Source: Lentisphaeria bacterium
GTDB lineage: Bacteria > Verrucomicrobiota > Lentisphaeria > Victivallales > UBA1829
Length of the DNA: 64,000 nucleotides
Direction of reading: 5' to 3'
Assembly (NCBI GenBank): GCA_017503375.1
Contig: JAFVTF010000071.1
Location: 3,036 to 67,035 of the forward strand
This document shows positions 17,215 to 26,859 of the stretch, piece by piece. A model generated the notes under the pieces. That model was not told the origin of the DNA, ran no database searches, and saw only the letters and a list, made by a program, of their open reading frames with translations. Positions within the stretch are counted from its first letter, which is position 1. Each line of letters begins with the position of its first letter. A program made the translations under genes and the position numbers.

Positions 17215-17997
17215 ATGAAAAGTATGAGTGTAAGACAAGACTGTTTTACCTTGATCGAGCTTCTGGTTGTGATTGCGATCATTGCAATTCTTGCCGGAAT
17301 GCTGCTGCCTGCATTGAACAATGCCAGAGAAGCGGGAAGAAAATCATCCTGTATGAACAATCTGAAATCAATCGGAACGGCTCAGGCAATGTATTCCGCA
17401 GATCATAATGATTGGATTCTTCCCTGCAGAATGCCGAACTATGAAGATTCTCAGGACCAGTGGTTTATGGTTCTTTCCGGTGTCGACAGTTCCGGTGTGA
17501 AAAGCAAAAGATATGCCGGATGGGGAACCGCTTTTTATGGACTGAAGCAGCGTAAAGGAACTTATTATTGTTCTTCAGCCAATCCTCAGAAGTCTTATGG
17601 TTGTACGACATATGGAATCAACCGTTTTTTGCTTGGTGATGATGGCACAAATTTCTTTGCCAGAAAAACTTCTTGCGTGACATCCGCAACTTCAACCGTT
17701 TTTGCAACAGACACCGCTCATACCGGAACATACCGTATGCATGATGCCGGTTCTTTTGCATTCCGGCATGGAGCAGGGGACCCCGGAGATGGTGTCCGTG
17801 GACTTGGGTCCGGTTACAGCTTAAAAAGCGGCGGTTCTGGTTATACCCCTGCAGGAAATACAAATGTTCTTTACTTTGATGGTCATGTCTCCCCTCTTAC
17901 TCTAAAACAGGTAACGATTCTTGATGGTGGAGTCAGCACCCATAAAGTTTTAAAGACTGGGTATAATATGGATCAGAAAAGTCAGCCTTGGAACTGA
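17215..17997 (+). CDS. DUF1559-family GspG-like pseudopilin-type protein
   Basis: N-terminus [52 protein letters not shown], with a C-terminal [10 protein letters not shown] motif. It is the last gene of the 4852..17997 plus-strand run. Confidence 0.85.
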   Translation: MKSMSVRQDCFTLIELLVVIAIIAILAGMLLPALNNAREAGRKSSCMNNLKSIGTAQAMYSADHNDWILPCRMPNYEDSQDQWFMVLSGVDSSGVKSKRYAGWGTAFYGLKQRKGTYYCSSANPQKSYGCTTYGINRFLLGDDGTNFFARKTSCVTSATSTVFATDTAHTGTYRMHDAGSFAFRHGAGDPGDGVRGLGSGYSLKSGGSGYTPAGNTNVLYFDGHVSPLTLKQVTILDGGVSTHKVLKTGYNMDQKSQPWN

Positions 17998-18016
17998 TAA
18001 AGTCCGATTATCAGAG

Positions 18017-18057
18017 AAAACTCCGGCAGATTCATCTTCCGGAGTTTTTCTTTTTTC
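18017..18057 (+). terminator. rho-independent terminator
   Basis: Stem AAAACTCCGG (18017..18026) / CCGGAGTTTT (18039..18048), followed by a T-rich run, about 20 nt after the stop at 17997. Confidence 0.7.
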
Positions 18058-18060
18058 TGC

Positions 18061-18089
18061 TTGACAAATTATTTGATTTATGCTAAATT
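18061..18089 (+). promoter_or_regulatory. sigma70-like promoter (TTGACA-17-TAAATT with an upstream TGc)
   Basis: TTGACA at 18061..18066, a 17-nt spacer ending in TGC, and TAAATT at 18084..18089. This supports ATG 18131 as the gene start rather than the track start 18080. Confidence 0.45.
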
Positions 18090-18130
18090 GTTTGAGAGAA
18101 AATAGAACTTTCAAAAAAGGATTTTTTTAT

Positions 18131-19735
18131 ATGAGAGATTCCCGTGTAACTGATTATATTTCCCCAGTCAGGATCATTGCAACAGAAAAATGTTCCGGCG
18201 GTGATGTGCTTTTGAAAGAATGTCCGGGCCAGGCAACGACTGCCCCCCGTCCGGAGTGTGTATTGGAACCCGGCGGCTGGATCGTTCTGGATTTCGGCAA
18301 TGAATATTACGGAGGGATCGAATTGACCGTCGGCGGATATGATGCCGGAGAACGCAAACTGCTGCTGACGTTCGGGGAATCTGTTGCAGAAACCTTTTCT
18401 CATCCGGATCATTCTCATGCAATACAGGAAACGAAATTACGTTTGACTCCGTGGTCTGTTCTGTCATTTGGTAAACTCGGATTCCGCTTTGTGAAACTGG
18501 AAAATCCGGAAACATTTTCCATTGGAATTCAGGGAATCCGCTGTTGTTATGTTCACCGGGAATTTCCTGTTCAGGGATCATTCAAGTGCTCCGATCAGAG
18601 ATTGAACGATATCTGGGATGCCTCTGTCCGAACGTTAAGTTTGTGTATGCAGGGCTTTATGTGGGATGGCGCAAAGCGGGATCAGCTGGTTTGGATGGGG
18701 GATCTTTATCCGGAAATTTTTGCCTGTGCAACGATTTTCGGAAAACAGGATGTTGTGGAAAAAAGTCTTGATTTTCTTCGTGATGAAACTCCATTGCCCC
18801 GGATGATGAATGGTTGCGGAACTTATTCTTTCTGGTGGATCCTTGCACAGCGTTACTGGTATCGCCGCTTCGGTTCTCTGAAATATCTGAAAGAACAGCA
18901 GAATTACTTGAAAGATTTGTTGACTCATCTTTCCGGAATGGTCTCTGAAAGCGGAGAATTGGATTTTACCGGAGGTTATCTCCTTTTGGATTGGGCAACC
19001 GGAATCAGTCTTGAATCCGGTCCTTCTATCAGGAACGGTTCTCATGCTGTATTGCGGCTGGCGATGCTTGCTGGTGCGGAACTTTGTCATATTCTGGGGG
19101 AAGATGAAACCGCAGCTCTTTGTGAAAAAACGTCAGAAAATCTTTTGAAAAAAGAACTTCCCCTGAGTGATTGCAGTGCCGCCGCCAATGCGTTTCAGGT
19201 TCTTGCCGGATACCGGGATGCGAAAACCGTTTATGACAGCTGTTTTGCAGGAAAACTGCCTCACGGATTATCAACATTCCTCGGCTGTTTTATTCTGGAT
19301 GCCTGTGTAAAAGCCGGACACCGGAAAGAGGCTTTGGATTATATGCGTGAATATTGGGGCGGAATGCTTTCAACCGGTTCTACAACCTTTTGGGAGCATT
19401 TTGATATAGACTGGCTGAAAGATGCCGGAAGAATTGATGAAATCGTTCCGGCAGGAAAACACGATATTCACGGGGAATATGGAGAAGGTTGTTTTACAAG
19501 TTACCGGAACAGTTTCTGTCACGGCTGGGGTTCCATGCCTGCGGAGTGGCTGATCCGTCAGATTTGCGGAGTTGATTTTGTTGATTCCCGGACGGTCCGT
19601 TTTACACCGGATTTATGCGGTCTTGATTGGGTCGAAGCTCATATTCCGACAGAATTCGGGATGATTGATATTTCCATTGCTCCGGGAAAAAGTGAATTGA
19701 ATCTTCCGGATGAAATTCAACTCAAAGAGGAATAA
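18131..19735 (+). CDS. GH78-like alpha-L-rhamnosidase-type six-hairpin glycosidase
   Basis: MWDGAKRDQLVWMGDLYPE matches the DGAKRDR.VW.GD motif of rhamnosidase (alpha/alpha)6 domains. The C-terminal TFWEHFD...SFCHGWGSMPAEWL also fits. The start is set at MRDSRV (18131), downstream of the predicted promoter. Confidence 0.65.
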   Translation: MRDSRVTDYISPVRIIATEKCSGGDVLLKECPGQATTAPRPECVLEPGGWIVLDFGNEYYGGIELTVGGYDAGERKLLLTFGESVAETFSHPDHSHAIQETKLRLTPWSVLSFGKLGFRFVKLENPETFSIGIQGIRCCYVHREFPVQGSFKCSDQRLNDIWDASVRTLSLCMQGFMWDGAKRDQLVWMGDLYPEIFACATIFGKQDVVEKSLDFLRDETPLPRMMNGCGTYSFWWILAQRYWYRRFGSLKYLKEQQNYLKDLLTHLSGMVSESGELDFTGGYLLLDWATGISLESGPSIRNGSHAVLRLAMLAGAELCHILGEDETAALCEKTSENLLKKELPLSDCSAAANAFQVLAGYRDAKTVYDSCFAGKLPHGLSTFLGCFILDACVKAGHRKEALDYMREYWGGMLSTGSTTFWEHFDIDWLKDAGRIDEIVPAGKHDIHGEYGEGCFTSYRNSFCHGWGSMPAEWLIRQICGVDFVDSRTVRFTPDLCGLDWVEAHIPTEFGMIDISIAPGKSELNLPDEIQLKEE

Positions 19736-20607
19736 TGATGAAACAATATCTTTCCAGCAGAATGTTTTCAGAACCGGATTTTCCGATTGCGGTATCCCGG
19801 CTTCTTCAGCGGTCACAGATGACGCCGCATACCCACGATTTTATAGAATTCGTTCTGGTCGCGGAAGGACATACGATTCATCAGGTCGGTTCAGAAGCCG
19901 AACAGCTTTCCTACGGCTTGATTCAGGGGGATTGTTTTACGATTCTGCCGGGAGAGGTTCATGCTTATTCTGAAAGTAAAAATCTTGTTTTATACAACGT
20001 TGCTTTCAAGGAAGAACTTCTGCAGAGTGAACTTGCTGAATTGAGATCACTTCCTTTATGGAACCGTCTGTTTGAATCAAAAAAATCTCCGTTGAGTAAG
20101 CGTTTGCATTTGCTGCCGCACGAACGGATCCGGGCAGAAAGCTTTTTGCGGAAGATGATGCTTGAGTTTTCCTACCGGAGACCCGGTTATAAATTCCGTG
20201 TAAAACTGGCTTTATTGGAAACATTATGTGCTGTTGATGAAGCAAATATTGTGGAATGGCAGCCGTATGATGTGGAACCGTACAGCGGTTTGCTGAAGAC
20301 TCTGGATTATCTGGAAAAAGTGGAATCCGAACCATTTGAGCTTTCAGAACTTGCCAGAATGGCAGGAATGAGTGTTTCTTCCTATACAAAAAAATTCCGG
20401 GAAATGATCGGGGATTCCCCCTGTGAATATTTTCTGGGAATCAAACTGGAAAAAATCCGGAGTGAATTGCTCCGGAGTGATATATCCGTTTCGGAACTCG
20501 CGTTTAAATATGGCTTTTGTGATACGTCGTATATGATAAAATTATTCCGGCGCAGACATGGTTTGACCCCGTCACGCTACCGGAATATTGTTTTGTCCAA
20601 AGGTTGA
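19735..20607 (+). CDS. AraC-family transcriptional regulator
   Basis: Cupin part HTHDFIEFVLVAEGHTIHQV...GDCFTILPGEVHAY, then HTH part VSELAFKYGFCDTSYMIKLFRRRHGLTPSRYR. Its ATG overlaps the GH78-like stop by 1 nt. Confidence 0.85.
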   Translation: MMKQYLSSRMFSEPDFPIAVSRLLQRSQMTPHTHDFIEFVLVAEGHTIHQVGSEAEQLSYGLIQGDCFTILPGEVHAYSESKNLVLYNVAFKEELLQSELAELRSLPLWNRLFESKKSPLSKRLHLLPHERIRAESFLRKMMLEFSYRRPGYKFRVKLALLETLCAVDEANIVEWQPYDVEPYSGLLKTLDYLEKVESEPFELSELARMAGMSVSSYTKKFREMIGDSPCEYFLGIKLEKIRSELLRSDISVSELAFKYGFCDTSYMIKLFRRRHGLTPSRYRNIVLSKG

Positions 20608-20617
20608 CCGGTATCGT

Positions 20618-22189
20618 TTATTTCAATACCTTTTTCAAATCATTCCACGCCAGTTTCGGTTTGCGGTATTCATCGACCAAACCTTTGTTGTTATAACCGC
20701 GCGGACGCATCATGATCCGTCCGTTGTCATCAACCTGTGAGTTGCAGAACTGCCAGAAAAGAACGCCACTGTAACGGGAATCTTTCCGGATGAGTTCCAG
20801 TGTTGTCAGAATCAGCTGACTCTGATATTCTTCGGACCAGCGTCTGCCGCTGTGATCTCCGGGGAGGGCGGCTGCTCCGATTTCGCTGATGATCATTGGC
20901 ATTTCTGCCAGTTCCGGAGTGTTCCTGACAAACTCCGCAATCCTGTCAAGTTCCGCTTCGACGATGTTCGGGTCAAAGAAAGTGAATGTTCCATTGTACC
21001 ATCCGGGATATGTATTGAATGCGGCAATATCCACGATATCCAGACATTTGTCACGGTCAGACATCATCGTTGCAAAAGTGATAAGACGGGAAGTGTCTTC
21101 CTCTTTGATCGTTTCCGTCAGTTCTCTGACACATCTGCGGGCGGATTCATCATCGGTGATCGCTTCATTGAGGAATCCCCAGAAGACAATGGACGGATGA
21201 TTGATGCTGTTGCGGATCATCCGCTTCAGACCTGATTTCTGTCTACGGATAAACTCTTCGTTATTGAGTGAATCCAGGGGATTTTCCCAGCCGAGCGTTT
21301 CATCCCAGACGAGCAATCCCAATTCATCTGCCAGATCCAGCATGAGTTCAGATTGCGGATAATGAGAACCTCTGATAAAGTTCATTCCTTCCGCTTTGAT
21401 CATCTGCAAATCTGTTTTCAGCTGTTCATAGGGTATTGCCGCTCCGGTCAGCGGATAAACATCGTGACGGTTTACTCCGACAATAAAAAGTTCTTTTCCA
21501 TTGAGATAGAGTTTTCTGTTTTTTGATTCGATGGACCGCAGACCGAAACGGGTTTTATAAACCTCATCTCCGCAAGAGATTGTCACAGAATAAAGATTCG
21601 GTTCTTCCGGAGACCAGAGTTCCGGTTCCGGAATAACAAACTCAAAATCACCGGAGCCCGGAAATTCAATGGTTTGACCGTTGGAAATCTGCATTGAAAC
21701 CGATTTTTCCGGTCCATCGAGTTCAATATGAAGCTGAACTTTTCCGGCAAACGGATCAACGGGAATAACCTTGACATAAGAAAAGCTGGTTTCCGGGAGT
21801 TCCCGCAGGGTGACATCTCTGTAAATTCCACCGAATCCGTAAAAATCATAAAATCTGCGGAATTCAGATTCCGGAGTTTCTTCAATGGTGTTATCACAAA
21901 TAATTTTCAGTTCATGATTTCCTTTTTCTCCGGCATCGAAACGCAGCGTGAGCGGTGTGTATGCTGTCAACTCTTCTCCGATTTTCTTTCCATCCCAGAA
22001 AATTTCTGCCCGGAGTCCGATACCTTCCAGATGCAGTTCCACATATCCGCCGCAGACAACTTCCCGCCAATAGGCAGCCTTTCCCCTTTGACTGAAAAAT
22101 TCTCCGGCAGCATCAAAACATCCCGGAACGGGCATCTTTATTGTTTTTCCGTTTTCAAATGAAAAATTCCAAAGACCATTCAAAAGCAT
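20618..22189 (-). CDS. GH2 glycosidase, beta-glucuronidase-like
   Basis: GH2 motifs are present: NRHDVYP, IRGSHYPQSELMLDLADELGLLVWDE, the acid/base motif FWGFLNEA and the nucleophile motif MIISEIGA. The C-terminal GYNNKGLVDEYRKPK resembles the GUS N-x-K glucuronate-binding motif (E. coli GGNKKGIFTRDRKPK). Confidence 0.7.
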   Translation of the reverse strand: MLLNGLWNFSFENGKTIKMPVPGCFDAAGEFFSQRGKAAYWREVVCGGYVELHLEGIGLRAEIFWDGKKIGEELTAYTPLTLRFDAGEKGNHELKIICDNTIEETPESEFRRFYDFYGFGGIYRDVTLRELPETSFSYVKVIPVDPFAGKVQLHIELDGPEKSVSMQISNGQTIEFPGSGDFEFVIPEPELWSPEEPNLYSVTISCGDEVYKTRFGLRSIESKNRKLYLNGKELFIVGVNRHDVYPLTGAAIPYEQLKTDLQMIKAEGMNFIRGSHYPQSELMLDLADELGLLVWDETLGWENPLDSLNNEEFIRRQKSGLKRMIRNSINHPSIVFWGFLNEAITDDESARRCVRELTETIKEEDTSRLITFATMMSDRDKCLDIVDIAAFNTYPGWYNGTFTFFDPNIVEAELDRIAEFVRNTPELAEMPMIISEIGAAALPGDHSGRRWSEEYQSQLILTTLELIRKDSRYSGVLFWQFCNSQVDDNGRIMMRPRGYNNKGLVDEYRKPKLAWNDLKKVLK

Positions 22190-22369
22190 GGCGACGATCC
22201 TTTCTGTATAATTGTGTACGGAGTACTATAATTCAACACAATAAAAAATTCCAGAAATATTTCGTAAAAAAAAACAGAATTTTTTGCTTTTTTTATCGTG
22301 GAAAAATTTGAAAAAATATGAAAATATGTTAGAGTATCCGGAAAACATAAATGAAGGGAGAGATTATTT

Positions 22370-23008
22370 ATGACACTGAAAGATTGTGGAAAAACATTAC
22401 TGAATGCAATTTTGTCCGGTATGTTTATCGGGATTGGAGGAACGATTTATCTGGCTTGCCCCAGTTCCATTGTCGGCGCGTTCCTGTTCACCATCGGATT
22501 GATGATGATTGTCTGTTACGGGTTTAATCTTTACACAGGGGCGATCGGTTATCTGGTTCAGCATGGAAGTGATTTCGGGGCATATCTTTTGAAATTGCTT
22601 CTGATCTGGCTTGGAAACTTTGCCGGATGCTGGCTGGTTGGCAATGCGATCCGTTTGACACGGACATTTGCAAAAGTTGGAGTAAAGATTCAGACTGTTT
22701 GCGGGGATAAAATGAATGATTCCGTTCTGAGTCTGTTCATCCTTTCCATATTCTGCGGACTTCTGATGTATATGGCTGTTGAGACGTACCGCCGGGAAGA
22801 TTTGCCGCCGATTTTCCGGTTCGGTGGTCTTTTTCTCTGTATTTCCGTATTTATCATGAGCGGTTTTGAGCACTGTATCGCCAATATGTACTATTTTTCA
22901 CTGGGAAATATGTGGTCTTGGAATGTTCTCGGATTGGTTTTGGTAATGACTCTCGGGAATTCTGTCGGAGGCTGGATTGTTCCTCTGGCGGATAAAGTCC
23001 GGAAATGA
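22370..23008 (+). CDS. formate/nitrite transporter (FNT) family channel, short form
   Basis: LSGMFIGIGGTIYLA and the hallmark SGFEHCIANMYYF are present, in a multi-TM hydrophobic profile. GGGAGAG RBS. At 212 aa it is shorter than typical FocA/NirC. Confidence 0.7.
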   Translation: MTLKDCGKTLLNAILSGMFIGIGGTIYLACPSSIVGAFLFTIGLMMIVCYGFNLYTGAIGYLVQHGSDFGAYLLKLLLIWLGNFAGCWLVGNAIRLTRTFAKVGVKIQTVCGDKMNDSVLSLFILSIFCGLLMYMAVETYRREDLPPIFRFGGLFLCISVFIMSGFEHCIANMYYFSLGNMWSWNVLGLVLVMTLGNSVGGWIVPLADKVRK

Positions 23009-23151
23009 ATCTGAGAAAAAACGGAAAAAAGAGCTGTGATTTGTAAAAAGAGCTTGAAAAACTCTTTGAACGGTGTATATTTCGGGTGATATGTTATAAG
23101 AACAGGGAATTTGAGTTCCCGCTGAGCATATAATGGGGAAAGGATAATTAT

Positions 23152-24384
23152 ATGAGCGAAAGAGTTGTTATTACCGGATGTGGCCTTGTGACACCGTTGG
23201 GAAATGGGCTTGCTGCAAATATTGCATCTTTGAAAGCCGGAAAAAGCGGTATTGCACCTATGCCGGAATGGGCAGAAGTCGGATTGGATACAACGATTGC
23301 AGGACGTTCTGATCATGACGTGGAATGTCCGGTTTTTACCCAGAAAAATAAGCGGTTCATGTCTCCGAACTCTATTTTTGCAGTGGCGGCAGCTTATGAA
23401 GCGCTCACAGAAGCCGGATTTACAATGGAATCTTTTGCTGCCCGTACGCCTGCGTTAATCAATGGCTGTGCCGGCAGTTCTTATCTTACCGTTTACGGAA
23501 ACAGCCGTACATTTGAAGAAACAAAAAGAATCCGCAGAGTGACCCCGTTTGCAGTTCCCCGTGTGATGCCGTCTTCTGCTGTTGCAAACATTTCTCTTCT
23601 GTTTGGAATCAAGGGTGAAAGTTATGATATCAGTGCCGCTTGTACAAGCAGTGCTCTGACAATTATTGCCGGTGCCCGTTTGATTCTTACCGGAGAATAT
23701 GATTGTGTGATGGTCGGCGGTTCCGAAGAAGTCAGCTGGCAGCAGGCACTCGGATTCAGTGCAATGCGCGCGCTCTCCCACTCTTACAATGATGCTCCGG
23801 AAACAGCCAGCCGTCCGTTCGATAAGAGCCGTGATGGATTTGTTCTGGGCGAAGGTGCCGGAATGTTGATTATGGAATCCGAATCCTCCGCAAAGAAACG
23901 CGGCGCAAAGATTCTGGCATATCTTTCCGGTTTTGCAACCAACAGTAACGCCGCTGATATGGTTGTTCCCGATGCGGAATCCAGCGCAGATGTTATGCGC
24001 CGGGCTGTAAAAAATGCCGGTTTGACACCTGCAGATATTGATTATATCAACACTCATGGAACAGCAACCCCCGTTGGAGATCCGGTGGAAATGGAAGCAA
24101 TCCGCAAGGTTTTTGAAGATTCCAGGGTTGCAATCAACAGTACAAAGAGTATGACCGGACACATGATCGGTGCTGCCGGTGCTGTGGAAGCAATCTTCTC
24201 AATTCTGATGATGCAGAATTCATTCCTTTGTCCGACAGCCAACCTGAAGGAGCCGGAAGAAGCGTTTGCCTGGGCAGACCTCGTCAGAGAAACCCGTGAA
24301 GGTGTCAATATCCGTCACTCCCTGAGCAACAGCTTCGGGTTCGGCGGTTCCAATGCCTGTCTGGTATTCTCCAAACCGGAGTAA
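23152..24384 (+). CDS. fabF: beta-ketoacyl-ACP synthase II
   Basis: The sequence shows ERVVITGCGLVTPLGNG, the active-site Cys in ISAACTSS, the His motifs NTHGTATPVGD and SMTGHMIGAAGAVEA, and a C-terminal NSFGFGGSNACLVF. Confidence 0.85.
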   Translation: MSERVVITGCGLVTPLGNGLAANIASLKAGKSGIAPMPEWAEVGLDTTIAGRSDHDVECPVFTQKNKRFMSPNSIFAVAAAYEALTEAGFTMESFAARTPALINGCAGSSYLTVYGNSRTFEETKRIRRVTPFAVPRVMPSSAVANISLLFGIKGESYDISAACTSSALTIIAGARLILTGEYDCVMVGGSEEVSWQQALGFSAMRALSHSYNDAPETASRPFDKSRDGFVLGEGAGMLIMESESSAKKRGAKILAYLSGFATNSNAADMVVPDAESSADVMRRAVKNAGLTPADIDYINTHGTATPVGDPVEMEAIRKVFEDSRVAINSTKSMTGHMIGAAGAVEAIFSILMMQNSFLCPTANLKEPEEAFAWADLVRETREGVNIRHSLSNSFGFGGSNACLVFSKPE

Positions 24385-24390
24385 TTATTC

Positions 24391-25278
24391 ATGGAAGATA
24401 AATCATTCCGTCCCAAGCTCCCGCCCTGGATCCGGGTCCGTGTTTCCTGCGGAGCTGTTTCTGAAAAAGTGGACAGCCTTGTCAAAGGATTGGCATTGAA
24501 CACCGTCTGTCAGGGCGCACAATGTCCAAACCAGGGAGAATGCTGGGGCAGGGGAACTGCTGCTTTCATGATTTTAGGAAGCCGTTGTACACGGAATTGC
24601 AAGTTTTGTGCTGTTGGTGAAGTGAAACAGCCGCTGCCCCCCGATCCGGAGGAACCGGAACGTTTGGCTCAGGCCGCCGCTCAGATGAATCTGAAATACG
24701 TTGTTGTAACATGTGTGACCCGGGACGATCTTCCGGATGGCGGTTCATCGGCATTTGCAGCGACAACCGCCGCTTTGAAACGGGCTGTTCCCGGAATTAA
24801 AGTAGAAGTTTTGACATCCGATTTTCAGGGTGTTGAGAAAGATATTGCCACAGCAATGCAGGGCGTGGATGTTTTCAACCACAATCTTGAAACTGTGGAA
24901 CGTATGACACCCCTTGTCAGAAGTAAAGCACAGTACCGCCGTTCTCTGGAAGTTCTTTCCACAGCAGCCCGCCTTTCCGGCGGAACAGTTCCTGTAAAAT
25001 CCGGAATTATGGTCGGATTGGGGGAAACTGATGCTGAGGTGGAACAGACAATTCTTGATTTGCGTGAGGCAGGAGTTTCCCTTTTGACCATCGGACAATA
25101 TCTGCCTCCGTCCAAAGATCACTGGAAACTGGATCGGTTTGTAACACCGGAGCAGTTTGCCGCTTGGGGAAAATTTGCGAAAGAGGCTGGATTTACCCAT
25201 GTAGCCTCCGGTCCGCTGGTCCGCAGCAGTTATCATGCGGATCTTCTTGCCGCAGGGAAAGAAGATGCTCTATCCTGA
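24391..25278 (+). CDS. lipA: lipoyl synthase
   Basis: It has the N-terminal cluster CQGAQCPNQGEC, the radical-SAM motif CTRNCKFC and the C-terminal GPLVRSSYHA. It starts 6 nt after fabF. Confidence 0.9.
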   Translation: MEDKSFRPKLPPWIRVRVSCGAVSEKVDSLVKGLALNTVCQGAQCPNQGECWGRGTAAFMILGSRCTRNCKFCAVGEVKQPLPPDPEEPERLAQAAAQMNLKYVVVTCVTRDDLPDGGSSAFAATTAALKRAVPGIKVEVLTSDFQGVEKDIATAMQGVDVFNHNLETVERMTPLVRSKAQYRRSLEVLSTAARLSGGTVPVKSGIMVGLGETDAEVEQTILDLREAGVSLLTIGQYLPPSKDHWKLDRFVTPEQFAAWGKFAKEAGFTHVASGPLVRSSYHADLLAAGKEDALS

Positions 25279-26263
25279 GGACGCTCTGCTTCTGGCGCCG
25301 CTCGCCGGTTATACAGATCAGGCAATGCGCCGGGCATCTGCACGTCACGGTTGCCGCTATTCTTTTGCGGAAATGATTGATGCAGGATCCCTTGTTTACG
25401 GAAATGAAAAAACATTCCGTCTCGCTGAGCGTGCTGCCGATGAAAAATTTCTGGGTATCCAGCTCGTAGGTTCCGAACCGGAACTGTTGAAAAAAGCTGT
25501 TGAGATCGTCAACAGCAAAGATTATGATGTATTGGATTTCAACTTGGGATGTCCGGCACCGAAAGTCGAAAAAAAATGTGAGGGCGCAGCATTTGCATTG
25601 CATCGTCCGGAAGAAGCTGTGCGGATGACCGAACTTCTGGTGAAACATTCCCGTATTCCTGTAACAGTAAAGACTCGCATTTTATCAAGAGAAAACCCGG
25701 AACAGACGATCTCTTTCTTGAAGCGTCTGGAAGCAACCGGTATTTCCGCATTGACACTTCACGGGCGGATTGCGAAAGAGTTCTATTCCGGAGAGCCTGC
25801 CCGTGAGATTATATCTGCAGTCCGCGAGGCTTTGCAGATTCCTTTGATTGCCAATGGCGGTATAATGTGCAAAGCGGATTACAGGATTATGAGAAAAGAA
25901 TCCGGCTGTTCCCGTGTGATGCTGGCCCGTGGAGCCATGGGAAACCCCTGGCTGTTTGAAGAGCTGACCAATCCGGAATTCCGGCCTCCGACTGTGGAGG
26001 AGCTTGCAGAAGAAATCCGGCTTCATGTGGAAGATATGCTTGATTGGTACGGCGATGAAGTCGGTTTCAGAGCTTGCCGGAAAGTAGTATTGGAATATTT
26101 GCGGGGCAGGGGATATCCCGGTTCTCTGCGTGCAACTGCATCTTTTTTGAGCAGCCGTGAAGGATTGGCCGAATTGCTGAAGGAGGTCCGGAAGGGGCCT
26201 GCGGAAGGTTTTTGGACTTTTTTGAAAAATAATCCGGAATCAGCACGGCAACTTTCACAATAA
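25265..26263 (+). CDS. tRNA-dihydrouridine synthase
   Basis: LLLAPLAGYTDQAMRR, FNLGCPAPKV and TVKTRI are Dus-family motifs. I prefer ATG 25265 over 25235. It overlaps the lipA 3' end by 14 nt. Confidence 0.8.
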   Translation: MLYPEDALLLAPLAGYTDQAMRRASARHGCRYSFAEMIDAGSLVYGNEKTFRLAERAADEKFLGIQLVGSEPELLKKAVEIVNSKDYDVLDFNLGCPAPKVEKKCEGAAFALHRPEEAVRMTELLVKHSRIPVTVKTRILSRENPEQTISFLKRLEATGISALTLHGRIAKEFYSGEPAREIISAVREALQIPLIANGGIMCKADYRIMRKESGCSRVMLARGAMGNPWLFEELTNPEFRPPTVEELAEEIRLHVEDMLDWYGDEVGFRACRKVVLEYLRGRGYPGSLRATASFLSSREGLAELLKEVRKGPAEGFWTFLKNNPESARQLSQ

Positions 26264-26271
26264 AATACGGA

Positions 26272-26859
26272 ATGTATCGTTTTATGAGCATGGAACAGAA
26301 GATATCAGAGCAGGTGGCGGACGGAGAATTGATCCGCGCATATCTCTCCGGGGATGCGGAATCATTCGAGATTCTCTACAGCAGATACCGGAAGCCTCTC
26401 TATGCCTTCTTGAACCGGCTCCTTGAGAATTCTATTGTTGCGGATGATCTTTTTCAGCAGACCTGGCTGAAGGCAATCCGGAATTTTCCGGCGTATGAAA
26501 ACAAGCAGAAATTTTTTGCTTGGCTTTCAACGATTGCCCACAATCTTGTGATGGATTATTTCCGGTCGCAGAAACGTGCTGCGGAACAGCCTTTGGATGA
26601 AGGCGTTTTAAATGACCGCTGCACAGATGGCAGTGAGGCATGGTCTCAAATGAACGATGAAGAATTTGAGACGGCTTTTGAAAATGCTGTCAATGAATTA
26701 CCAAGTGAGCAGAAGGAAGTTGTAATCCTGCGGAGGGATGGACTTTCTTTCAAAGAGATCGCTGAGATTCAGAAATGTCCCCTGAATACAGCTCTCGGAA
26801 GAATGAATTATGCATTGAAATCATTACGAAACAGCCTGCGGGCGTGGAGGGATTCATGA
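26272..26859 (+). CDS. ECF-type RNA polymerase sigma-70 factor
   Basis: Region 2 reads FEILYSRYRKPLYAFLNRLL...DDLFQQTWLKAIRN. Region 4 reads LSFKEIAEIQKCPLNTALGRMNYALKSLR. Confidence 0.85.
   Translation: MYRFMSMEQKISEQVADGELIRAYLSGDAESFEILYSRYRKPLYAFLNRLLENSIVADDLFQQTWLKAIRNFPAYENKQKFFAWLSTIAHNLVMDYFRSQKRAAEQPLDEGVLNDRCTDGSEAWSQMNDEEFETAFENAVNELPSEQKEVVILRRDGLSFKEIAEIQKCPLNTALGRMNYALKSLRNSLRAWRDS

Noticed and set aside
17236-17340. The ~100-nt segments encoding [25 protein letters not shown]... at three loci (also within 248..967 and 42266..42907), considered as dispersed DNA repeats or mobile-element ends.
   Set aside because: Conservation is at the protein level with many synonymous differences between copies. 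There are no flanking transposase genes or terminal inverted repeats.
22370-23008. The short (212-aa) FNT channel considered as a truncated pseudogene.
   Set aside because: The ORF has a strong RBS, an intact hallmark FEHCIANM region and uninterrupted TM segments. The upstream sequence is non-coding AT-rich DNA with no remnant of an N-terminal extension.
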